Positions 11,651-22,867 of a stretch of 64,000 nucleotides of DNA are shown here, in pieces. Position 1 is the stretch's first letter, and each line of letters begins with the position of its first letter. Origin of the DNA: Lingula anatina (taxonomy: Eukaryota > Animalia > Brachiopoda). Under the pieces are notes generated by a model that did not search any database, had not been told where the DNA came from, and saw only the letters and a program-made list of their open reading frames with translations. Where the stretch lies: positions 2,728,001 to 2,792,000 of the forward strand of contig CM120649.1 in NCBI GenBank assembly GCA_051362555.1, written 5' to 3'. Both the position numbers and the translations under genes were made by a program.

Positions 11651-14600
11651 AGTCTACCTAAAATGTATCTGTTGTTCTAAAACATGTCTTTTTATCTTAT
11701 AAAACTGGCACAAAGTTTCAATTCACTGGACTATAACTTATCTATGTTAGGTTAAAGTACAGTAAACCTTTAATCAGAAAGTTCACACGAACTTTTAGAC
11801 TAAAATCCTTTTCTGAAAACAGATCACAATTTTTTTTCCACTCTACCAATGGAGTGGCCTCTACCTGTAGGTCTGACAGCATCCTCAGTAAACTTTTCAG
11901 CAGCAGTCTGTCCACTGCCTCTCCGTTCCTCTCTCTCTCTATCAGCATCAGGAGACCATCCACTGTTCTGGTCTGGACTATGGTGTTACTGATGATGTAC
12001 ACACGGAACAGCTCTAGACCCATGTCCCTGGAACATGGCAATTATACCAGTATTAAAATAAATAAATTATTATATAATTTAACTAATTAAAGACCTGAAA
12101 ATCTGAAGATGATGATGATGAAATGATAATAACAACAAAAATTATCAGTGGATAAATGAAATAAGGAGGCTAAACTTTCCTCCGGATTTTCTTTCTTTTT
12201 CTTTTAACAAAATTTCCCGCAATCTTTCAATTTTTCTATTACTAAAAAAATATTTAATAATAAAAATAATAATAATTTAATAAATTTTTTTAAAAATTCC
12301 TTACCAGATAGAAGCAATGGTGGAATTCTGTAGCACATATGTTCTATCCAGGAACAGGAATATACTTCTTATCATTATCTGGAAAAATGGAAAAACATGA
12401 TTTGGAATGTTTTGATATCCCACTAGCTCGATGACAGTATAAACAACAGATATTTACCATAGGTGATATCTAAATTGAATCAGGTAGGGTACCAGTTTCC
12501 CCTTCAGCAACTGAACTCAATCTAGCATAATTATATTTTTACACTTTTAACCTAACAGCTGTAAAAAATATAACCTTTTTCAGACACAAATGACGCATCT
12601 TCAAAAATCACACCATTTTTGTTATTCTTAACAGTATTAGAAAACAAATCTATGTACTTGTGAGCTCTTTGCAAGGATGAGATTGCCATTTAGTGAAAAA
12701 AGTCAGAAAATATGGCAGATGTCTAAGGAGCCAACAAGGCTAATGATATTTTTTGGTTCCTAAAAAGTCAGAAATCCACTAACAGAAAAATTTCATCCCT
12801 GAAATCTAGGGAACTTTGAGACCCTTAGTCTCTTACCACTCACTTACCATTTGTTCACAGTGGGCCTGCCAGCAAGTGTCCATTAACTTCAGGAACTGGC
12901 CACTGTCCATCGTCTCTGTGGCAATGGTCAAGGAAGCATTAAATAATAAGTATACATTTTTGCCTAATGATTATTTCTTAAAAGTCATTAATTTCTGCCT
13001 AATGAATCTATACCAAAAACAACAGATTTTTATTTTCAATTATTTATTTGATCTTTAATTCTTTCTAAGGACCCATTCCCAGTGACACCATAAGTCTACA
13101 AAGATCAATCCAACTCTGCAGGAGCACTCGCAACCACCTTAACTGACAGACACGCCTCCTCCTGGCACTGAGTAGAATAAACAAAAGCTGGAGATTACAC
13201 GAGTATGTTGGAAACAAGAGGAGGCGTGTCATTCACTTCAGCTGATTGCACTCAGCGAGTATCCCCGCAGAGTTGGATCAATCTACATAGACCAATAGCG
13301 TTTAAGAGCACATTCAGAACAGCTTACAGATCCGGGGATCAAATATGGCCACCCACTATAAAGCTTGTCGCTTAATTCCCAATTAGATACTGAATAGATT
13401 CTCCAAGGGGGTTACGCAATAAGCCATATTTGATCCATGGATCTGTTAGTCAGCTCTTCTGAATATCCACTGTGGGAATGGGGTCTGAGATTGTGTTATC
13501 CCCAGTATTCAGGCAAGGATATCCCAGGAATTGGTGTATATTGTCCCTGACGTGATCCTCACACACTGTCTTCAAGTTCTCATACAGGGTGGCTGACATC
13601 TTGTGAGAGCACATGTTTTCTACAGCCTGGGAAAATATTAAAAAAAAAAACACTGCTACTGTTATCAAATAAATATCTGAGACCCAAGTAAAAAATATGA
13701 AAACACATGACAAATAAGCCCTAAGTCTTTGTGAACAGGAGGAAATATGTTTTCATTTTAACACTGTATGGCCAGAAACAGATAAGAAATTTTGTAAATA
13801 TAAGTCCCATACAGTCCACAAGGCAACTAAAAATATCTTGAACAAAACAAATATTCATATGGTATAAACATTGGGCTGCCATTTCATGAAATAGTTGGAA
13901 AATATGGCATAGGGTCCAGGGGGATGATTTTGAGTATAAAAAGTTGATTTTTTTTTTAACAATACAGAAAGACACGATGAAGTGGCCATCAAGTTCTACC
14001 TTATACAATTCTTCTAAACTTGACTTTATGGAACATTTCTTGTGAATGGCCTCCACTGCTTCCTTCAACATCAGCCATGTTTGTTGCTGGTAGTTCTCTG
14101 GGAGCTTTGGTTTTTCTGGAAAGGAAAAATAGTGATTAAATGGTAGTAGTGGATCAGATCTACAGGGCTTTTGCACCCCTGCCATGTCTAGTTCACACTG
14201 ACAGGACTCCATTTCATGTCAGCAAAGGGCTACTTTTAACAGGTAATTTCACCCTTCTAAATGCCTACAAGCAAGTATTTACTAGTACCTGTGGGATCTC
14301 GACCTTAAGGATCTTTTCTGTGGGCCTTTGTTTGGATTGAGTCCCTGTAAATGGAATTCTCCCTCTCGTTATTTCCTAGAGAGCTGCCTGTTATTTCTTT
14401 AAACATGGGCCCTTTACTCCAAATAATGAAAGGTTACTAATAGTTTCTTTCTTCTATTAGCCTAGTTCTATAAATTGCATCAATATACTTTTTACCCAGT
14501 GAACTTGCTGAACACAAGGGTCTTTAAATTTGCTGGCCGAAAGCAAAGACTGGTAAATGACTGAACAAATTTATAAAACTTTATTCAATTTGGCAAAGCA

Positions 14601-15812
14601 ACAGTTTTGCTGGCATAAAAATAAATGCATGGTGCCAATGCTTGGTATAATAGACTGCTGCTAAGATGTCCTTGAACTATGATTTCCATTGCTCGTGCAT
14701 GCTTGATAACACTTCGAGAGAAAGGTGAAATTTGTAAACAACTCTGTGCAGTCAGGAGGAAAAATATCCCCGATCTCTCTAGTGAATTTACACAGTCAGA
14801 TTAGCAAACAAATGCGACATTGAACTGTATGCCATCAAAAATAAATTTTCTTCCTGTTCTCCTCTGCTAAGCTTTCACATGGGTGTTTTAATTAAGTGTT
14901 GTTACTTACAGAAGTCAGTAATATCATGAATACAGAGTGGAACTTGTAATCCATACCACACATTTTAACTTTTATATTTTGACACCTAAAGTAGAAATCA
15001 TGATCAAAGAAGTACTTAAAATGACATCTGTATACTATATCTGTTTGTGACATAATGAATAAAATATGATAATTTTATTTAATGTCAGTTTTGCAACATG
15101 CACAATAATACGTAGCTATCATAAGTTTTGTGCTTGTTGTCAAACTGACAATGTAGGGAAATAAAACTGTTATTACTTAATAATGCTTTGACATATGTTT
15201 ATCTGTCTGTACCATATGCAAAGAAAAGGAAGAAGAATAGTATATACTGGATAGGTTTTGACACAACTGTCTGAAGTTTGTTATGATTTTTTGCAAACAA
15301 AGTGTTGCTATTAACTTTCCTTTTGACAGGATGCAAACTGCGAGCATCTGCAATAAAATGAAATACGGGATGGAAAATTCCATTCTCAAAAGTTGCCATT
15401 TTTTTAACGAGTCTAAAAATAGTATAAATACGTGTGGAGAGTCACATGTTCTTCTAGAACTTGCGCTTCGCGTTAAAAAACGCAATGCACAAAAATTAAG
15501 GGTAGTCATTTACTCACCCTTGAAATTTTTAATCACAAGTTTTTTAGTAGTTCCAGGTTTATTAGTCACTAGCTGAGATGCATGTTTATTGAGTCCATTG
15601 CTTGGGCTCGTCAGAGCCGAGAAATTCGCTCGCTTTTGAGAGTCTGTCATTTCTGGCGAGGAATCGTCCTGACGGCTTTTTTTACTTGCAGGAGTGTGGT
15701 GAGAGGGGGGCACTTGGTTACTCCCGCTGAACCTTCTCTTCTTGTGGTGATTGTTCTCCTCCGATTTTCGCTGATCGTGCAGCTGTGGCTCAGGCGCCTT
15801 TGACAGAGGCAT
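4898..15812 (-). CDS. CUL4: Cullin-4 (CUL4A/CUL4B orthologue), 19 coding exons seen; the C-terminal neddylation (WHB) exons are not in the window
   Basis: Exons 15812-15518, 14115-14000, 13626-13523, 12917-12848, 12378-12305, 12027-11865, 11417-11328, 11122-11040, 10628-10561, 10189-10071, 9858-9783, 9464-9336, 8878-8663, 8407-8322, 6610-6503, 6150-6037, 5828-5723, 5382-5309 and 4996-4898, all phase-compatible. Diagnostic peptides: [105 protein letters not shown]. Confidence 0.97.
6861..8372 (-). repeat. Tandem array of the CUL4 exon-14 tail (51 nt) + 5' splice site + (ATA)n, 20 copies
   Basis: Unit on the minus strand is ATGTTSAAGGACATGGAGTTGTCCAAAGACATCATGCTGGCTTTTAGACAG|GTA(ATA)n. Donor G positions: ~8321, 8249, 8177, 8108, 8048, 7946, 7871, 7802, 7721, 7640, 7565, 7496, 7436, 7343, (~7274, GT lost), 7205, 7118, 7058, 6977, 6866. 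Units are 60-111 nt, all multiples of 3. Confidence 0.95.
8856..9090 (-). repeat. Degenerate triplication of the CUL4 exon-13 acceptor and first ~23 exon nt
   Basis: CAGCTTARAGTCYACATACTT..CTGA.AAGAAGAAA occurs at 8856 (genuine junction), 8937 and 9023. Acceptor AGs at 8879-8880, 8960-8961 and 9046-9047. Confidence 0.8.
12918..13522 (-). other. U12-type (minor spliceosome) AT-AC intron of CUL4
   Basis: 5' end ATATCCTTG (13522-13514), branch sequence TTCCTTGAC (12935-12927), terminal AC (12919-12918). This junction gives the in-frame CUL4 peptide QFLG|[23 protein letters not shown]. Confidence 0.93.
13069..13486. mobile_element. Nested MITEs (outer CCCATTCCCA-type, inner CACATTCAGAAC-type) inside the U12 intron
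   Basis: Outer ends GGACCCATTCCCA / TGGGAATGGGGTCT, with internal arms GATCAATCCAACTCTGC / GCAGAGTTGGATCAATC. Inner element ~13305-13470 has ATTCAGAAC..GATCAAATATGGC / GCCATATTTGATC..TTCTGAAT. Confidence 0.65.
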
Positions 15813-17025
15813 GCATTCCGGTGATGGGGCCACCGTATGGCCACTGTAACCAAGGATTTGGGATATGCGTTTGAGACTCCGAGGCACTAGACAGCAAGAT
15901 GGCGACGTGATTCTCGCGAGATCTGAAGTTCCATAAGTTGACGCTAGAAGACGCTAGGTGGACAACCAAGATAGACCAAACTGAAATATTTGAGGCAAGC
16001 AAAGGCAAGCAATACAAGGCATATTCTCGTTTGCATGAATGTGTCGCAGACTCGCTTTCAGTGATTTTCAGCAATTCTGAAACGAGCTGGTCTCGAAAAA
16101 ATCAAATTGACGTGATTGTGTTACGTTATAGAATAAAGGCTACAGAACTTATGTTGAGCGTTTTTTCTCTCTCCCGTCTCTCTCTCTGCATTTTAATTTA
16201 GCAAAATTTCTGATTGATATAAATGATTTAAAAAAAAATAAAACTGGATTGTCTGAAATGAAAGGAACGGCTGAAGAAATTAGTGTAAAAAAGCGTCACA
16301 AGTGATCCAAATCGATTTGGACTCCGTGCGTTTCATGCATTTTTAATGATAATCATGAAATATGGAAATAAAAATCAAACATTTTTAAACAATATGCACG
16401 AGGATGATTTTGGTTCTTAAAACTTTTTCAGTTTTTTTTTTCGCTCAAAGTATTTATCTTGTGGAAAATTTCTATAGTAATTTTATTTTATTGCAAGGAA
16501 ACGCGTTCACTCAGTGATTACTGCAGCACATGCCGATTGAAGTCTACCTAAAGACTATAGCTATCTCCACTGAGAAAAAATGCTGATTTAAAGGGTATAA
16601 GTTTTAGAATTACCAGTATACAAAGTTGATAGAGTGATAGTCGCAAAAAATTGTTGAGGAAGTAATGCAAAAATACGCATTAATTTCTTTTTACTTTTAA
16701 AAATAAATTTTCTTAATTTTTTTGTCATGAAATCATTGATCTTATTGTTTTATTATCATTTGATAAATAAATGAATTAATTAATTCATTATTTTTGAAGG
16801 CGCCTAAATCAGCCACCGATCTATGCAAAGATAACGTCACACATTGTGGTGGTCAGAAATTCAATCCGGAAGTTTGATAACCGGAAGTTTTAATTCAGTG
16901 CAACGATTTGTAATCTCCATTTACGAAAGATCGCTTAGAGAAAAAGAACTTATTTCACCTTGCACAATTTATATCTGGCCCTGCAGACGGCAAAGCAGTT
17001 CCTTGCCGTAAGTTAAATTTGCATT
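15813..17025. promoter_or_regulatory. Putative bidirectional promoter region between CUL4 and the PRPS4-like gene
   Basis: The start codons face away from each other ~1.2 kb apart, and both ends are CpG-enriched. YY1-type CAAGATGGCG at 15895-15904, TCTCGCGAGA palindrome at 15912-15921, tandem ETS-type CCGGAAGT at 16866-16873 and 16881-16888. Confidence 0.55.
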
Positions 17026-17699
17026 ATGAGTTTGTCTCCAAACGCCACAATATGGCTGTATGCGCATCCAACCATGGAAAAACTGGCGGAGAAAATCATG
17101 AGACGAGTAACCGAAGTGGAAGATGCAGAGGAAAAGGTACGACTACAGTACTACGAGCATACAGAGTAGCTCAACTTCCAAGATTCAAGTTCTGTCACTG
17201 TGTTGCAGTGCTCTGATTTTGTTCATTTTGACAACAGATTAATATTCGAAAGACACATCTGAACGTGTGATGATGACTTAAATTATTTGCAACATATTTA
17301 CACACACGCCTGGTAGTACATCCACAATAAACAGGACCGCCCAAAAAATAAGCCAGTGAACTTTGTATTAATCGATTACTCTACAAGCTATTCTAGACTT
17401 CAGTTACACAAGGCTTTTAAAAGATAACTTTACTATTTTATACCTAATTTGTGACTTTCGCATGTCATTTCTCTATCTCTCAATGTCACTCTGTTAACTT
17501 TTTTCTCAAATACTGTGAGTGCTAAAACTAAGTTTGACTCTACCATCATTCTCTGAGATTTTGTTGACTTTGTTTATCAAATGATGTTTTGTTTTGTTTT
17601 TTTGTTTTTTTAGTTTCAGGAAGATATTGGCAAACCTCACATTACGGTAATTGTTTCAAGTTTGCAACTAGTTTGTTTTTTTATGTGGCAAGCTCATTA

Positions 17700-17771
<72 letters not shown>

Positions 17772-17858
17772 CCCTTTCCAGACTTACACTGCATTTTAGT
17801 GTCCAATAATTTTCTTTGTGCTTAATAAGATAATACCTTATCCCCTGGTCTTTGCATG

Positions 17859-17889
<31 letters not shown>

Positions 17890-19914
17890 CCAATCTCCAG
17901 CTGCATGTCTTATTATTGTATCATACCCTTACTACCATGATGATGATGATGCAGAACTCAAGGCCTTCCTGATTTACTCCAGTGTATGCTATAGTACTAG
18001 TAATCATATCAAGCACTGAATAATCCCTTTATTTGACATTTTTATGAATAGTTTTTGCCACTCACAGGAGTAAAAGTACACTATGATGTGATCCTAATTT
18101 ATTTACAATTATTTATATATTTTTTGGAAGGGATAGTTTTATAAAATGATATATTAAGAGAAGAGTAATTTACTTTTTTTTTCTTTTTTTTTTTTTGAGT
18201 AATTATCTTATTTACTGCTTTTACATACAGATGCTGTAATTTTGGCATTTCATGCCGTTTAATAATTATATTTTATATTTTATATATACTTTAATTCTTT
18301 ATAATTGATTGAAGTTATCTGTTTATTTGGTCAAATACCTGCTTTGCTACCCATCTTTTTGTTTGATTTAAATTGTTGCCAATATATGTAAATGGATAGG
18401 CTCGTCCATGGCATCCACAGCATACAGACATTGACAGCAACTTGTTGATAAGGAAGTAAGTCACCATTATGGCTTGAGCTGATAGCATGCAAATTCTTGT
18501 TCACTTTTGCCTTTGCTTGATTATGTTCATCGCTTTCAGTCTTGTTGAAAATTGATTAAAATTTTTGAGTCCGTATGATTAAGACTGGATCTTTTCAATG
18601 GGGAAAAATTATCAATATTTTCTATACATAATTTTGGTATCATTAAAATTGTATTCTGCACACCAATTTTGGTGCATTTACGATATAGAATAAAACTAAA
18701 GGGTAGCCTTCTTTTTAACTTTGTTGCTACCCCTCAATAGAAATGTTCTAATTTTAAGAAATTATGACTAAAAAATCAGCATCTGTATAATTCACAATTT
18801 TCCCTATTGAAGAGATTGGGTCATTACAGCAATCAAGACAAACAGTGATAAAGATACTGTATTATGCAAACAAAAGTTCCCATCATGAGTTAATTTGGTT
18901 GTAGCAGGGACAAGAAGTGCCCAGAAGGAAGATTGAGCTGAAGAAAAGCATCCGATGGAAAACGTTTCCAGACGGCTTCCCAAACCTCTTCATTGAAGAA
19001 GTCAAGACAATGGCTGGCAAAGATGGTAAGAGAAAAATTAAACATTCAAAATTCAAATTTGAAAGTCTTTCTGGTTTGTATTTGTGGTTCTGGATCTTTG
19101 GGGCTTGCACTTTCAAGGATAATTTCTTTTTTTAATTAATAAATTCATTTATAATAATATACTTCCTAGTGGCACTCTCTTCTGTACCAGCCATATCCTA
19201 GATATGCTACTTTTTTAATTTGTTCATTGTCTCCCTCTTCAGGTGAGATTTTCATGAACAGGCAGCTACTTGGTAATGTTAAAAATTTTTTTAATAATAT
19301 TTTTGGTCACTCTGCCTTTTCAGTGATATTTCTTGGCAGTTTTCACTCTGCTGAAGTGATATTTGAACAGTTGTCAATAGTGTATGCATTACCAAGGTAG
19401 GTTTGATTATTGTTTATAAGTAATGCTTGATCTCGTTTGGTCTAGTTTTCTTCCTATTTTATCCACCATTGCTTTTAGGGGAATAACAAAATATAAGCAA
19501 ATGAAAAAAATAATTAAATATGATAGGTACTATGTATTGAAAAAAAGCAAGTTAAGTATCCTTATCATATTTCAATGCATAATTTGTTTCTGGTACCCCA
19601 GTTTCACGACATATATGGGTATATAACATCAGTATTGTCTTGTACAATTGTGGAATTTTTAAATATATTTTTTCAGGTATTTAGCTAGATCCCTAACTTT
19701 CATTCTGCCATACTTTCCCACAGCAACCATGGAGCGAGTGGAGATGGAGGGAGAGATTGCCACTGCTAAGGTGGGTTTCTGCTGGACAGCTGCCTGCCAT
19801 TTATGGTATTGTCTTGGCTGCAGTGCCACCTAGCAGCCAGTTAGTTTGACATTCTTATCCATTAATGACCAGCAGATGTCATTATGATGAGGATTCAATG
19901 ACATCTTTTTGTTG

Positions 19915-19983
<69 letters not shown>

Positions 19984-21789
19984 CAAGTCTAATAAAAGAG
20001 TAATAAAAATAGTAATAGTTATAAAAATTATCTTGACTGGATGTCAACAAAGTTTCAAGAACTTACATTAAAAACTCTTCCAGACTCTGTCCACCATGTT
20101 GTCCTGCATTCCGCTGTGTAGCAGAGGACCTCCACACATCATGGTGTTTGACATCCACGCTCTGCAGGAGAGATTCTACTTTGGGAACTCTGTCATACCT
20201 AGGTAACTCAATCTAGAGTGTTAGGATCAGGTCAAGAACACCTAGCTATCAGACATTACCCCCAGCCCTCTCTTTTTATAGCAGAGCATAAATAATTTGT
20301 GAAGTGAATGGCTCTTGAAATATGGTTTCATTGCAGGGAAGGTTCAGTTTCTGGAACTTTCCTTGGTTTTAAGCTTGCTGTCCTGTTTCACAAAAACACA
20401 AAAATTTGTCTTAACTTTTAGACCTACATTTTAGTCCATTTTGACCCAAGAAGAATTTGATGAAGTGAAAGGTTAAGGTGGAACATTGCAATATACATAT
20501 GTAAAATGCTCCATTATGATGTATTTCAGATTAGAAACGGCGATTCCACTGTTGCAGAGGGAAGTCCAGTCTCTGCCAGATCATCAGAATATCTCCATCG
20601 CCTTTCCTGACGACGGTGCCCACAAACGATTTCATCGAATGTTTGACAAGATGAACACCATTATATGTGTCAAGGTCAGAGAGGGCGACAAGAGGGTCGT
20701 CAGGATCAAAGATGGTAGGAGAGTAATAGTTTATATTTTGTGTGTAATTTAGCAATTGATTTATGACCAGGGTCAGTTTCCTGTAAGAACTATAGAGTTG
20801 ATGTTGGTATAAACTTTGAGACCAAAATATTTGCCAAGTTTTGACTTGTTAAGATCAGCTTATTGATTACCATAACATCAATTGCCCCCAAAAATCACCC
20901 TAAATTTCAGAAAACGCTGAAAATGGCAGAGACATGCTAATGATAAAGAGATAAGTTTCCATTTTTGTTATCTACCATATTTTGTGAAACAGGTCCTATA
21001 AATTATTTCCATATTTTTCAGGTAACCCCAAAGACCAACACGTGGTAATAGTGGACGACCTGGTGATGACTGGAGGGACGCTTAAAGAGTGTGGAAAGGT
21101 TTGTACTGTGTTGCCATGGTGACAAATACGGAGAGGGATGTCTACAGTTAGCACTGTAAAATAGTGCTTAAACATCTGAAAAGTAAACATTATGTGTATT
21201 AAGATGTCTTCAAAATATAAAGAACATTATTTTTGGTGTATGCATTCATTATTTTTACTTCAAGATATTTTGTTATCAGTGAAGGTTGTAAACTGATTAG
21301 ACAAACCTCTTTCTGCTGGGGATGGCTTGGTGGAAGGGGAAATATCTATGGTGAGAGAGGTTGTCAGTAAATTGAATCTCAGAAAATTTTGGAATAGATT
21401 TATAGGTCCATTTACGTAATTTTGTTAGATTTTTTACAATATTAATTTGTTCATCAGAATTGTTATGTTATTTGGGGGGGAGGGGGGGGGTCCAGAGGGG
21501 TTGGGGGGGGGGATTGTCCCGATAAAATCTGCTAATATTAAATGTTATATTTTTCCAGGCACTTATGAATCAAGGCGCCAAGTGTATCAGTGCCTACGTG
21601 ACACATGCAGTATTTCCTAGCGATTCCTGGAAAAAATTCACGCAATCGGATGTCAAGTTTGAGAACTTCTGGATTACGGACTCTATGCCACACGCTAATG
21701 ACATTGCCAAGCATGAACCATTCCGATTGCTGTCGATATGTGATGTTATAGCTGACTCTCTACTGGGATATGATTTATTGCAGAATTGA
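17026..21789 (+). CDS. Ribose-phosphate pyrophosphokinase, class II (plant PRS3/PRS4-like PRPP synthase)
   Basis: Exons 17026-17136, [possible 17614-17646], 18905-19025, 19324-19396, 19677-19770, 20084-20202, 20530-20714, 21022-21098 and 21559-21789, all GT-AG and phase-consistent. Motifs WKTFPDGFPNLFI, IFEQLSIVYALPR, DIHALQERFYF, IAFPDDGAHKRF, KVREGDKRVV, VVIVDDLVMTGGTL, SAYVTHAVFP and FWITDS match Arabidopsis PRS4-type enzymes as I recall them. Confidence 0.93.
17699..17771. repeat. (ATT)n microsatellite
   Basis: About 24 ATT units in a PRPS4-like intron. Confidence 0.95.
19920..19980. repeat. (GT)n microsatellite
   Basis: About 30 GT units, intronic. Confidence 0.95.
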
Positions 21790-22867
21790 TTGACAGGAGC
21801 TGGGAATTCTGGGACTGGTTTCACAAAAAGCTTTAGCCCCAAAAGTTGGTCTTAACTTTTAGGCTAAAATTTAAGTCTACTCTGCCCTATGCTAAATCCA
21901 TAGTAGACTGCTATAAAGAATGCATATTAGTATGAAATGTTTGACATTCATTGCTTGTTATAAAAAACAGCTAAAATATTATATTTTATTAGATTGTCAC
22001 CAGTTAATCCTTGGACATGGTCTAAAATTTGGGTATAGAAATTAAGACAAATTTTGGATCATGACCAATTAAGTTGTGTTTCACAAACACTCTAAAAAGC
22101 CTTCTTACTGTGTTTTTATTTATTTATGTGCTCATTTACTTGCTTTTTAACTGAATCACAATAGCAAATTGTGTTCCTTTCACCAATGTGTTTTTACTCT
22201 CTCAGTGGTGACAATAGCCCATTTGGGAATATAAGCTACATTTATTGTGAGCCAGTTGTTCATGATTTAAAACGCTTTTAGACTGGGTGGACATAAAGTT
22301 GAGGGCTGTCTATTGAGACTATCCCAAAAAAGCCTAAAACTTGGCTGATGGCAGCATGACGGCACTGGAGACTAGTAAAAGTGCAAGAATTTGGGTGAAG
22401 TGGGCTGATTTTTGAGTGAAAGGTGTTTATGCTGATTTCACAAGTTTTTTTTTTAAACACTTTTTTTGTGAAACAACTCCCATGACTCATACAGTTCACT
22501 GAAAATTATCAGTAAAATCCCAAGGGCTTAAAAAGCCTTTTAAAAGTGATGCAGATTTTCATTGCTGCATACTCACAGGAATGATTTGAAACGTGGATAG
22601 TTTGTTCTTGCAATTGTTGCTAAAATAGATTAAATGGGACATGGTTTTCATATGCAAACATGTGGCAGCTTTTTTTTTTTTTTAATATTTATCACACAAT
22701 TAATATGGGCATTGAGATTATAATGCATCATGGAAGCTGAAGAAGAATTAGCTGATATGTCCAGGGTTTTGTTAAGAGGTTGGTACACAGCATGTAGCCC
22801 TGGATTGCTTGGCAAATGTGAAACAGATAACAAGGAGAGTTTTACTGCAATAGTGCTTGGTTTTGTA

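Noticed and set aside
15813-15887. ORF-track start of CUL4 at 15887
   Set aside because: This is a GTG start from a prokaryotic-style ORF call; the first in-frame ATG is at 15812.
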